In this document: one piece after another, positions 28,480 through 38,807 of the stretch
How the letters are laid out: the number at the start of each line of letters is the position of its first letter
How positions within the stretch are numbered: the stretch's first letter is position 1
Origin: an uncultured delta proteobacterium
Lineage (GTDB): Bacteria > Myxococcota_A > Polyangia > Haliangiales > Haliangiaceae
DNA length: 64,000 nucleotides
Direction of reading: 5' to 3'
Assembly (NCBI GenBank): GCA_963848295.1
Contig: CAWKDB010000010.1
Location: forward strand, 4,768,001 to 4,832,000
Notes under the pieces: generated by a model
The model's input: only the letters and a program-made list of their open reading frames with translations
Told to the model about the DNA's origin: nothing
Databases searched by the model: none
Made by a program: the position numbers and the translations under genes

Positions 28480-29159
28480 AACGTACCGGACGGCGGCTTC
28501 GTGATCGTCGCGACCGGCTTGCCGTTCGCGATCGAGCCGTCCGCGGTGAACGTCGCGATCGCACCGTCGCAATCGGTGTCGCCTGCCGCGGTTGCACGAT
28601 AGGTCTTGCCGTCGACGCTCTCGTAGCTGTACTGGTACCCTTGGTCGCCGTCGAGCTTGAAGCCGAGTGCGCTCCACACCGGATCGCTCGCCCACGCGGT
28701 CGTTCCCTGGCACACGTTCTTCGGACCACCACAGCAGCCGGTGTCGCTCGCGGCGCCGCCCGCCGCCGGCAGGAGCTTCGCCTTGCCGATCGGAAACGCA
28801 CCGTGCGCGGCGTAGTACGCCTCGGCGGCCGCGACCACCGCGTCGAGCTTCGCGCTGTACGGGCTGCGTCTCTCTCCTTCTCTGCGTCCTTCGATGATGC
28901 AGTGCTTGACGGCGTCGGCATCGCCATCTGCGGTCGCGAGCACGCACTTGGTGCCCGGATCCTTCTCGAACTTGTCGATGTTCTTGCGACACTTCGCGAC
29001 GTTGTCGGCTCTCTGGTCGACCAGGATCTTCGCGTCGTCCGGCTGATCCTTGCGCGCGGCGGCGACCAGCTTGTCGTAGAACCGTGCGCAATCGTCGGAC
29101 TTCGAACAGCCGGAGAGCGTCGCGGCGAGCGCGGCGAGCATAAATGCGCGTGACATCAT
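28476..29159 (-). CDS. Lipoprotein with a type IV pilin head-like C-terminal domain
   Basis: LAATLSG-C lipobox; C-terminal W.ALGF...YQYSY...ATA.GDTDCDG resembles myxobacterial pilin globular domains. Confidence 0.6.
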   Translation of the reverse strand: MMSRAFMLAALAATLSGCSKSDDCARFYDKLVAAARKDQPDDAKILVDQRADNVAKCRKNIDKFEKDPGTKCVLATADGDADAVKHCIIEGRREGERRSPYSAKLDAVVAAAEAYYAAHGAFPIGKAKLLPAAGGAASDTGCCGGPKNVCQGTTAWASDPVWSALGFKLDGDQGYQYSYESVDGKTYRATAAGDTDCDGAIATFTADGSIANGKPVATITKPPSGTF

Positions 29160-29241
29160 GACTAGCGATCCGGACGGCAGCTCGCGCAGAGAGTCGCACC
29201 GCAAGTAGCGAACGGGTGGGACTTCGCATCCAATAGCGGCA

Positions 29242-30087
29242 ATGCGTTCGCGCGGCGTGCTGTACATGGCGGCGAGCGCCTTCGGGTTCTCGGTGATGAG
29301 CTTGCAGGTCAAGCTCGCCGTGGTTGATCTACCGACCGGGGAGCTCGTCTTCGCGCGCGCGGTCGTCACGCTCGCGTTGTCGTACGCGATGGTGCGCCGC
29401 CTCGGGTTGTCGCCGTGGGGCCATGACCGAGCGCGACTCGCGCTGCGCGGCTTGCTCGGTTTCGGCGGGCTCGCCTGTTACTACGCTGCGATCGCGTTGC
29501 TGCCGCTCGCCGATGCGACGACGTTGCAGAACACGACGCCGCTGTTCACCGCCGTGCTCGCGTGGTGGTTGCTCGGCGAACGGGTCGGCGCGGGCGCGGC
29601 GGTGGCGATCGGCTTCGGGCTCGGAGGGGTCGTGCTCGTCGCGCATCCGGCGACCGGCGGCCTCGAGCCAACCGGCGTCGCGATCGCGCTGTCGGGCGCG
29701 GTGATCTCGGCGGTCGCGTACGTCACGGTGCGCCGGCTCGTTCGCACCGAGCATCCCTATGTGATCGTGTTCTACTTTCCACTCATCTCGACCCCGCTCG
29801 CGCTGCCATGGGCGCTCGCGCGCTGGGTGTGGCCAACCCCTACCGAGTGGCTGCTGATGGTCGGAATTGGCATCGCGACCCAGGTTGCCCAAGTCTTTCT
29901 GACGCTCGGGCTCGCCGAGCTGCCGGCGGGGCGAGCGACCGCCGTCGGCTACGTGCAGATCTGCTTCGCGATGATCTGGGAGCTCGCGGTGTTCTCGAGG
30001 TGGCCGACGTGGGGAACGGTAGCCGGAGCCGCCCTGATCATCGTCGGCACGCTCGCTGCGATGGCGCGCGCAGCGCCGGCTGAATAG
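29242..30087 (+). CDS. DMT/EamA family transporter
   Basis: About 10 TM helices in two EamA repeats; LRG..G, PLF.A.LA..LLGER. Confidence 0.9.
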   Translation: MRSRGVLYMAASAFGFSVMSLQVKLAVVDLPTGELVFARAVVTLALSYAMVRRLGLSPWGHDRARLALRGLLGFGGLACYYAAIALLPLADATTLQNTTPLFTAVLAWWLLGERVGAGAAVAIGFGLGGVVLVAHPATGGLEPTGVAIALSGAVISAVAYVTVRRLVRTEHPYVIVFYFPLISTPLALPWALARWVWPTPTEWLLMVGIGIATQVAQVFLTLGLAELPAGRATAVGYVQICFAMIWELAVFSRWPTWGTVAGAALIIVGTLAAMARAAPAE

Positions 30088-30114
30088 CCCGAACCGTTCA
30101 AGCGTTGCATCCAC

Positions 30115-30627
30115 ATGCGTGGCATCGCAGCGTTGGTCACCCTGGCAGCGGCCGCAGCGCCGGCGCGTGCCGAGCTGGCACCGCGCACCGAGCCGATGAT
30201 GATCGCCGACGAGCCGGTGTGCCACCTGCTCAACGCGGCGAAAGGCGATCACTGCAAGCGCGTCGCATCGGCTGGAGACGCGGCGCTCTATCGCTCGGGC
30301 TCGCCGAAGGGCATCCGGCGCTTCGTGGTCGCGATCCCGCATGGCAATGCAACGCTGGTCAGTCCGGCGCTGGATGTATCTGCCGACCTCAGCGATGCCG
30401 CGCCGACGATTCGCGCCATCCAGATCGATGGGCGCGCCGGCCTCGTGGTCGATGTCGTGACGACCCGCGACGACCAACGCGACGAGACGATCGTCGGCTG
30501 CGGCACGACCCCGGCCGGCACGTGGAAGTGCGAGACCGTCGATGTCGGCGAGTGCAGCGCGACGATCGACGACAGCGGAGCGCTGGCCACCTCGTGTGGT
30601 GGCCAGGTCACGCTATCGATTCGCTAG
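30115..30627 (+). CDS. Secreted Cys-containing hypothetical protein
   Basis: Signal peptide MRGIAALVTLAAAAAPARA; six Cys. Confidence 0.6.
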   Translation: MRGIAALVTLAAAAAPARAELAPRTEPMMIADEPVCHLLNAAKGDHCKRVASAGDAALYRSGSPKGIRRFVVAIPHGNATLVSPALDVSADLSDAAPTIRAIQIDGRAGLVVDVVTTRDDQRDETIVGCGTTPAGTWKCETVDVGECSATIDDSGALATSCGGQVTLSIR

Positions 30628-30634
30628 TCGGGCG

Positions 30635-32011
30635 CTATCGGCGGTGGCCGCCGCCGCCGCCACTGTGGCCGCCGCCGCCTCCGCCCCACGAGTGACCGCC
30701 GCCGCCGAACGAGTGACTGCTGCCGCCGCTCGAGTGCGACGGTGAGCTGTACGAGTGCATCGGAGCGCTGTAGTGCGTAGGCGCGTTGTAATGCGTAGGC
30801 GCGTTGTAGCGCTGCATCGGCGCGCGATACGTCTGCGCCGGGGCGCGATAGGTCTGACGATACGTCTGCGGCTGACGATACGTCTGCGGCTGGCGATACG
30901 TCTGCGGCTGACGATACGTCTGGACCGGCTGACGATAGGTCTGGACCGGCTGGCGATACGTCTGGACCGGCTGGCGAAAGCCCTGCTGGCGGCCGCCTTG
31001 GACCTGGCGCGGAATCACCCCGCCGCTCAGCGCCCCGTGGTTGTTGAAGCCGCTGTTGACGCGGCCGCCTGCCGCGAAGCGTGCGTGCATCAGCGAACCG
31101 GGTCGCACGGGATTCGTCCCGCGCACCGGCAGCGTGCCCACGGGTCGCGTCACGCGTAGCCCTTCGGCAGCGTCGCCGAACTCGTGCGCGCGAATGTGAC
31201 CGGCGCCGAGGTCGTGCTCGCCCGCGAATCGCCAGTGCGAGTCGTGCTCGGGCAGCACGTGGTGGCCATCGGTCGAGATCGGCGCTCGGGGCCTCCAGCC
31301 GACGACGCCACCGCCGTGCCGCCAGTCGACCCAGGCCGGGCCCCAATGGTAGCCGCGCTGCCAACCCCAACGATTGCCGAACCAACCCCAGCGACCGTAG
31401 TGGAACGGCAGCCAGCCCCAGTTGTAGTCGCAGTTGAACGTCCAGCCCCACGTGCTCCACACCCACGAACCGCACGATTCGTAAGGCGTGAAGCCGGTGC
31501 CGACCACCGAATCGTCCGGATACCAAACCTGGCCGTAGCCGTCTTCGTTGTCCCATTGGCCGTATCCGTCGAGCGTCGCGTCGATCTCGGCGTCGGTCAC
31601 CGGGTTCATCGCGCCTTGATCGTCTCCGCCCTGCGCCTGCGCGTTCGGGTCGTTCGGATCGCCGGACGCCCCGGCGTTCGGGTCGACGGCGTTCGGGTCG
31701 TAGGGATCGCCATTCGGGTCGCTCTCGCCCTGCACATTTCCCGGGTCCTGGGCCTGACCGTCACCCTGCGGGACATAACCCTGTGTCGGATCGTATCCAG
31801 GCGGCGGGCCGTTCTGCGGGTCGTAGACCCCGGGCGCGCCCTGCTGCGGATAGCCCGGCTGCGCCGGCGGCGCCTGGTCGTAGCCGCCAGGAGGTCCTGC
31901 AACCTCGACGGGTTGCGGCATCGTCCCCTGCGCGTACGTCGAGCCCGATGGGTAGCAGGCCGCGGCGAACGTCAGTGCGCTGAGGGTGATGGCTGCGCGG
32001 ATCGAGCTCAT
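30635..32011 (-). CDS. DUF6600-like Trp-rich lipoprotein with low-complexity repeats
   Basis: FAAA-C lipobox; L..YGQW, WGWLPFHYGRW, WGPAWVDW and VGWRP motifs; repetitive tail. Confidence 0.8.
   Translation of the reverse strand: MSSIRAAITLSALTFAAACYPSGSTYAQGTMPQPVEVAGPPGGYDQAPPAQPGYPQQGAPGVYDPQNGPPPGYDPTQGYVPQGDGQAQDPGNVQGESDPNGDPYDPNAVDPNAGASGDPNDPNAQAQGGDDQGAMNPVTDAEIDATLDGYGQWDNEDGYGQVWYPDDSVVGTGFTPYESCGSWVWSTWGWTFNCDYNWGWLPFHYGRWGWFGNRWGWQRGYHWGPAWVDWRHGGGVVGWRPRAPISTDGHHVLPEHDSHWRFAGEHDLGAGHIRAHEFGDAAEGLRVTRPVGTLPVRGTNPVRPGSLMHARFAAGGRVNSGFNNHGALSGGVIPRQVQGGRQQGFRQPVQTYRQPVQTYRQPVQTYRQPQTYRQPQTYRQPQTYRQTYRAPAQTYRAPMQRYNAPTHYNAPTHYSAPMHSYSSPSHSSGGSSHSFGGGGHSWGGGGGGHSGGGGGHRR
30760..30976 (-). 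repeat. Coding tandem repeats (RQPVQTY x3, RQPQTY x3, NAPTHY x2)
   Basis: 21-bp and 18-bp imperfect units visible in both DNA and protein. Confidence 0.9.
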
Positions 32012-32024
32012 GGCGCCATTAGTG

Positions 32025-32040
32025 TGCACCGATCGTGCCC
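32025..32040 (-). promoter_or_regulatory. Putative sigma54 promoter for the DUF6600-like gene
   Basis: Minus strand reads GGGCACGATCGGTGCA (GG-N10-GC), ending 13 nt before ATG 32011. Confidence 0.55.
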
Positions 32041-32230
32041 GTTGGAGGGGTATAGCGACCTTCATCATCACTTAAGACTCCGAGACTCCCCGGGTTTGGC
32101 CCCGGGAAGATCGCGCCAGGCCACGGCGGTTTTGCAGCCCCGCAGGGTGGCGTTGCAACTTGACAGTGCCGCCGCTGCCGAATTAACAGAACACGAGCGT
32201 TTTTGAGCCCCTAGTGGGCCGGGACAGCGA

Positions 32231-33170
<940 letters not shown>

Positions 33171-33184
<14 letters not shown>

Positions 33185-33896
33185 CATCATCTATCGCCGC
33201 GAAATCGGCGCGTATCTGCGCCAACCGATCGGCTGGATCATCGCGGCGGTGATCCTGCTCGCCGACGGCATCTTCTTCCAAGCGTGGGCGATGCAAGGCC
33301 AGCTGCTGTCCGCGCAGGTGCTCGAGCGGTTCTTCTTCTTGTCGAGCTTCCTGTTCGGGACCGCGGGCATCTTACTGTCGTTCCGGCTGATCGCCGAGGA
33401 GCGAGCGAATCACTCGCTGGTGCTGCTCAACACGTCGCCGGTGCGCGACAGCGAGATCGTGATCGGCAAGTTCCTCGCCGCGCTCACGTTCATCACGGTG
33501 ATGCTGGTGCTCTCGCTGTACATGCCGTTCGCGATCAAGTCGGCGGGCAAGGTCACCGCGGCCCAGATCTTCGTCGGCTACCTCGGGCTGTTCTTGTTCA
33601 GCGCGCTCGGCCTCGCGATCGGCATCTTCGCCTCGTCGCTGACCAAGTCGCTGCTGATCGCGCTGCTCGTCGCCGCGTTCATCATGGTCGTGCTCGGCAA
33701 CGTCTATCAGCTCGCGATGCGGCTCGACTCGCCGGTCAAAGAAGTCGCGGAGCAGATCGACACGTGGTGGCAACGGTTCCAGAACGGGTTCGAACGCGGC
33801 TTGTTGAACCTCAAGGACGTCGTCGCGTATGTCGCGATGATCTACTTCTTCCTCTTGCTCGCCGTTAAGACGTTGGAGGCGAAGCGATGGCAATGA
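33171..33896 (+). CDS. ABC-2 type permease (GldF-like)
   Basis: RLIAEER..SL.LL.TSPV..EIVIGKF motif; 6 TM helices. Confidence 0.9.
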
Positions 33897-36019
33897 GAAC
33901 TGCATCCCCGTGGTGGACCTCGCTCGTGTTCGGGCTGGGTCTGCTGTTCATCATGGTTGGCGAACGCCTGTTCGGTCATCTCGACGGCGTGCGCATGTTC
34001 TTCACCGGCCTCGGCCTCGCCGGCGTGCTCGGCGCCACCGCCTTGCGCGGTTGGACGATGTCCGCGAGCAAAGGCGCTCGCCGCAAGGTCGAAGCGACGC
34101 TGCTGCTGTTTCAGGCCGGCGGCATCCTCGCGCTCATCCTCTATGCGCTGACGACCCGCTGGGGCATCGAGCATCTCGGGCTGTCCGCCAAGGGTGCCGC
34201 GAAGTTCATCACCGTCGTCACGGTGCTGTGGTCGATCGAGCTGCTGTGCTCGCTCATCCCGCTGTTCATGATCGAGATGTCGCTCGGCATCGCGCGCCGC
34301 ACGGGCATCGACGTCGCGAAGGGCAACGACGACGAAGGCGTCGAGCTGCTGCGCGTTCGCGACATCGGCTGGTCGGGCCTCACGCTCGGCCTCGCCGCGT
34401 CGTTCTTGATGGTGACGTGCAACGTCGCGAACGAGCGCAACATCCAGAAGGACGTCAGCTACTTCAAGACGTCGTCCCCGGGTGAGTCGAGCATCAACAT
34501 CGCGAGCGCTTCGTCCGAGCCGCTCAAGGTCGTGTTGTTCTTCCCGGACCCGAACGAGGTCAAGGATCAGGTCAAGGCGTACTTCGAGGAGCTCGCCTCC
34601 GCGTCCGGCAAGATCACGATCGAGGAGCACGATCGTTACGTCGATGCCGAGCTGGCCGCGCACTACAAGATCCCGCAGAAGGATCCCGACAAGAACGGCG
34701 TGATCGTGATCGCGCGAGGCGAGGGTGCCGACGAGAAGTCGCAGACCCTCGAGCTCGACGCGAACTTCGAGACCGCGCGCCGCGCGACCAACACGAAGAA
34801 CCTGCGCACGCTCGACCGCGAGGTCAACACGATGCTGCTCAAGCTCGTGCGCGAGAGGCGCAAGGTCTACTTGACGGTCGGCCACGGCGAGCTCAACGAT
34901 CGCGAGTCGCTGCCCGCCGATCTCAAGGAGAAGGTGCTCGATCATCCGGCGACCCTGCTCAAGAAACGGCTCGGCGAGCTCAACTACGAGGTCAAAGACC
35001 TCGGCCTGATGGACATGTCGAAGGACGTGCCTGATGACGCCGCGGCCGTGCTGATGCTCGCCCCGGTGCTGCCGCTCGCCGATATCGAGTGGGCGGCGCT
35101 CTCGCGCTACATCGATCACGGCGGTCGCGTGCTGATCGCGCTCGACCCGCGCGCCGATCCGAACGGCATCGGCCCGCTCGAGGGCAAGCTCGGGGTCAAG
35201 TTCAACCCGGCCCCGCTCACCGACGATCACGCCTACCGGCCGACCCGCGGCAACCTCGCCGATCGCCGGCTCTTCGTGCTGACCAACCAGTTCTCGGCCC
35301 ACGCGTCGATGACTGGCCTGTCGCGCACCGCGGACAAGCGCGGTCTGTTGCTGATCGACGCCGGCACGCTCGAGGATGTGCCGTTCACCGACACCAAGAA
35401 CGCGCCGAAGAAGACCGTGATCTTGCGGTCCATGGACTCGAGCTGGATCGACGTCGAGGATGCCGACGACGAGCGTCGCTTCGGAGTGGAGACCCACTTC
35501 AAGTTCGATCCGAACAAGGAGAAGCGCCAGCGCTACACGCTCGGCGTCGCGATCGAGGGCCCGAAGGTGGCCAAGACGCCCGAAGAGATCGCGGCCGACA
35601 CCGAGAAAGCCGAGAAGGCCGCCGCGAAGGCGGTCGCCGCGGCGAAGACGGACAAGGAAAAAGAAAGGGCCGCCAAGCCCAAGCCAGTCGCGAAGGAGAA
35701 GGACGGGTTCCGCGTCCTCGTGTTCTCGGACGTCGACTTATTCGGCGACTTGATCATCTCGAACGCCGTCGGCATGCGTCAGATGCAGATCGTGTCTGAC
35801 CCGCTGCTCGACGATGCGATGAAGTGGCTGGTCGGTGACGAAGCGTTGACCGGCGATGTTCAGATCGAAGATGACGTCCCGATCGATCACACCAAGAACC
35901 AAGACGCGTTCTGGTTCGCGCTGACGATCTTCGGCGCGCCCCTCGCGATCGTGGCGTTCGGTTTGATCGGCACGTGGTTGCGCCGCCGGCGCACTCGCAA
36001 GCTCGAGGTGAAGTCATGA
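33887..36019 (+). CDS. GldG-family ABC transporter auxiliary component
   Basis: N-terminal TM helices; KVYLTVGHGE, VPDDA..L..LAP and YI..GGRVLIALDP motifs; C-terminal TM followed by RRRR. Confidence 0.85.
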   Translation: MAMRTASPWWTSLVFGLGLLFIMVGERLFGHLDGVRMFFTGLGLAGVLGATALRGWTMSASKGARRKVEATLLLFQAGGILALILYALTTRWGIEHLGLSAKGAAKFITVVTVLWSIELLCSLIPLFMIEMSLGIARRTGIDVAKGNDDEGVELLRVRDIGWSGLTLGLAASFLMVTCNVANERNIQKDVSYFKTSSPGESSINIASASSEPLKVVLFFPDPNEVKDQVKAYFEELASASGKITIEEHDRYVDAELAAHYKIPQKDPDKNGVIVIARGEGADEKSQTLELDANFETARRATNTKNLRTLDREVNTMLLKLVRERRKVYLTVGHGELNDRESLPADLKEKVLDHPATLLKKRLGELNYEVKDLGLMDMSKDVPDDAAAVLMLAPVLPLADIEWAALSRYIDHGGRVLIALDPRADPNGIGPLEGKLGVKFNPAPLTDDHAYRPTRGNLADRRLFVLTNQFSAHASMTGLSRTADKRGLLLIDAGTLEDVPFTDTKNAPKKTVILRSMDSSWIDVEDADDERRFGVETHFKFDPNKEKRQRYTLGVAIEGPKVAKTPEEIAADTEKAEKAAAKAVAAAKTDKEKERAAKPKPVAKEKDGFRVLVFSDVDLFGDLIISNAVGMRQMQIVSDPLLDDAMKWLVGDEALTGDVQIEDDVPIDHTKNQDAFWFALTIFGAPLAIVAFGLIGTWLRRRRTRKLEVKS

Positions 36020-37452
36020 GAGGCGCATTGATCCACGGCGTTCTGCTCGCCGTCATGTTGGTCTACGGCTACCGCACGTGGACGCGCGATACCTCGACGA
36101 AGCCGACGATCGGCACCGTCGTGTTGTGGGACCGTCCCGAGAGCGACATCCTGTCGATCGAGTACAAGACCGACAAGAGGGAAGTGAAGATCGAGCACAA
36201 GGGCACCGGTGCCGATGCGTACTGGTGGGGCACCGAGACCACGACGACGACCGAGAAGAAGAAGCCGTCCGATCCGCTGGCGGGCTCGGATGCCGCCGCC
36301 GAGACCGAGGTCAAGAAGGTGAGCGAGTTCCCGCTCGGGGACGCCGCGACCGAGCTGATCACGCGTTACACGGCGGCGCGCGCCCTGCGCGACCTCGGCG
36401 CGTCGAACGAGAAAGAGCTCAAGGAAGACAAGCTCGCCGATTCGAAGTCGAGCCTGACCGTGACGTTCAAGGATGGCGCGCGGACGTTTACCGTCGGCGG
36501 TCCGGTCTATGGTTCGTCCGACAAGTACGCGCTCGATACGAAGTCGAACAAGATCTACATCCTCGCGAAGGAGCTGCTCACCGGGCTCGAAGGTGGCGAG
36601 AGCACGCTGCATCTCGTCGATGCGCGCGGCTTCCCCGTCGATAAGATCGACGAGGTCACGATCACGGCCGGCGATCATTCGCGCGTCGCGCGGCGCGTGA
36701 CGAAGGCGGGCGAGGACGGCAAGCCGGTCAAGACCTGGGGCGACGCCGACACGAAGAAGGCGAACCAGACCATCGCGAACTACATCGAGGCGTCGAACAA
36801 CCTCAAGCCGACCGCGTACGAGTCGGACGTCAAGATGAGCGAGCTCACGCCGATCGTCGCGTTCAGCTATCGCGACGACAAAGGCGGCAAGCTCGGGACG
36901 ATGACGCTGTACCGCCACGAGAAGCCGGGCGTGTTGCCGGAGGGCGCCGAGCTCGATCCGGCGAACCCGCCGAAGGGCGAGCTCGAGTATTTCGTCGTGA
37001 CCGAGAAGTCGCGGGTACCGGGTCTCGTCCGGAAAGACGCGGCGCAGCGCACCGAACAAGATCTCGATGCGGTGTTCACCGCGAAGGCCGACGAGGAGAC
37101 CGGTGCGGGCTCTGGATCTGGCGCGGGCTCTGGCTCGGGCGTCAAGTCACTGGAGCCCAGGGGCAACCCGTTCACCGGGCCGGGTGCGAAGAACGCGCTG
37201 CCGCCGGCTCCACGCACGCCGATCCCGCCGGTCAAGCCGGCAGGGAGCGGCAGCGCGGCTCCCGGTGCGGGCAGCGGCGCTAAGCCGGCGAAGGCTCCGG
37301 CGCCAGGCGCGACACCGGCTGCGGCCCCGGTGAAGATGCAGACGGCTCCGAAGGCGCCGGCTGCGGCCCCGGCGAAGATGCCGGCCGCGGCCCCGGCGAA
37401 GATGCCGGCCGCGGCCCCACCGAAGGCGGCGGGCGCCGGCAGCGCGCACTGA
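36016..37452 (+). CDS. DUF4340-like periplasmic protein with Ala/Pro/Lys-rich tail
   Basis: N-terminal anchor; position downstream of GldG; 24-bp AAPAKMPA repeats near 37350-37425. Confidence 0.7.
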   Translation: MRGALIHGVLLAVMLVYGYRTWTRDTSTKPTIGTVVLWDRPESDILSIEYKTDKREVKIEHKGTGADAYWWGTETTTTTEKKKPSDPLAGSDAAAETEVKKVSEFPLGDAATELITRYTAARALRDLGASNEKELKEDKLADSKSSLTVTFKDGARTFTVGGPVYGSSDKYALDTKSNKIYILAKELLTGLEGGESTLHLVDARGFPVDKIDEVTITAGDHSRVARRVTKAGEDGKPVKTWGDADTKKANQTIANYIEASNNLKPTAYESDVKMSELTPIVAFSYRDDKGGKLGTMTLYRHEKPGVLPEGAELDPANPPKGELEYFVVTEKSRVPGLVRKDAAQRTEQDLDAVFTAKADEETGAGSGSGAGSGSGVKSLEPRGNPFTGPGAKNALPPAPRTPIPPVKPAGSGSAAPGAGSGAKPAKAPAPGATPAAAPVKMQTAPKAPAAAPAKMPAAAPAKMPAAAPPKAAGAGSAH

Positions 37453-37570
37453 TTGCCCTTCCCGGACCCCGGGTTAGGCTATCGGAATACAAGCAACCTC
37501 TTCGCCGGTCCAAGGTTCGTATATTGCGGACGAACGTGAAATGGGCCCTGCAAACGCCTGGAGGATCGAG

Positions 37571-38770
37571 ATGACTGCACCTTATCGCAACCTGCTCGTT
37601 GTCGTTGGCGCGTTCGGCTTGATCGGTGCAGGTGCCGCTTTGCGCGGCGGCGGCTCGAGCGCGTACGCCACGCCGGGGCTTCCGACTGATGGCTCGATCG
37701 CGGACGTCGCCGAGCGCGCGTTCGAGAGCGTCGTCGACGTCTCGATCACGATGCCCCAGACGTTCGAGACCAGCTTCGATCCGTTCATGGGCGGTCAGGA
37801 CGAGGCGCCGATGCACGAACGCGCCGAAGGCTCGGGCGTGATCATCACCGCGTCGGGGCGGATCCTCACGAACGCCCACGTCGTCAACAACGCGCAGACC
37901 ATCACGGTCACGCTCAACGACGGCACGAAGCTCGACGCCAAGGTCATCGGCAAAGATAGCCACGCCGATCTCGCGGTCCTCCAGCTCCAGGGCAATGTTC
38001 CGGTGCTCAAGCCGCTGCCGTTCGGCGACTCGTCGACGATGCGGCTCGGCGACATCGTGCTCGCGGTCGGCAATGGCCTCGGGGTCGGCAAATCGGTGTC
38101 GATGGGCATCATCTCGGCCAAGGGCCGGAACAACGTGCACATCGAGGACTACGAGAACTTCCTGCAGACCGATGCCGCGATCAACCAGGGCAACTCGGGT
38201 GGCGCGCTGGTCAACCTCAAGGGCGAGCTGATCGGCGTCAACACCGCGATCGCGTCGAAGAGCGGTGGCGCGAGCGGCATCGGCTTCGCGATCCCCTCGA
38301 ACATGGCGCGGCCGATCATGGAGGCGCTGATCAAGGACGGCAAGGTGACGCGCGGCTATCTCGGCGTCAACGTCATCACCGTGACGCCGGAGCTCGCGCG
38401 CGAAGCGAAGCTCGGCACGACCGTGGGTGTGGCGGTCGCCGCCGTGCAGCCGCGGGGTCCGGGCCAGCTCGCCGGTCTCGAACAGGGCGACGTCATCACG
38501 TCGATCGCGGGCATCGAGACCAAGGAGGGCAGCGTGCTGCGCGACACCGTCGCGAAGCAGAAGCCGGGGACCACGGTCGACGTCGCGCTGATCCATCAGA
38601 ATGGCGCCAAACAGACGATCAAAGTGCGGCTCGGCATCCTGCCGGACGAGACCTCGGCGGAGCAGCTGCAAAGGCAGCAGCAAGAGCAAATGCAGCAGCA
38701 GATGCAGCAGCACATGCAGCACCGGGTGTTGCCGAACGGTGTCCAGCAGTGGCAGTGGCAATCACCGTAG
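37571..38770 (+). CDS. HtrA/DegP-like serine protease with one PDZ domain
   Basis: GSGVI, TNAHVV, DLAVL and QTDAAINQGNSGG motifs; PDZ GYLGV; Gln-rich tail. Confidence 0.95.
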   Translation: MTAPYRNLLVVVGAFGLIGAGAALRGGGSSAYATPGLPTDGSIADVAERAFESVVDVSITMPQTFETSFDPFMGGQDEAPMHERAEGSGVIITASGRILTNAHVVNNAQTITVTLNDGTKLDAKVIGKDSHADLAVLQLQGNVPVLKPLPFGDSSTMRLGDIVLAVGNGLGVGKSVSMGIISAKGRNNVHIEDYENFLQTDAAINQGNSGGALVNLKGELIGVNTAIASKSGGASGIGFAIPSNMARPIMEALIKDGKVTRGYLGVNVITVTPELAREAKLGTTVGVAVAAVQPRGPGQLAGLEQGDVITSIAGIETKEGSVLRDTVAKQKPGTTVDVALIHQNGAKQTIKVRLGILPDETSAEQLQRQQQEQMQQQMQQHMQHRVLPNGVQQWQWQSP

Positions 38771-38807
38771 TTCGCGTTCGGCGCCAGCTGCGTTACAGTC
38801 GTAGGGG

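Noticed and set aside
30760..30976. CRISPR-like periodic repeats
   Set aside because: Units are 18/21 bp, in frame, without unique spacers or cas genes; these are coding repeats
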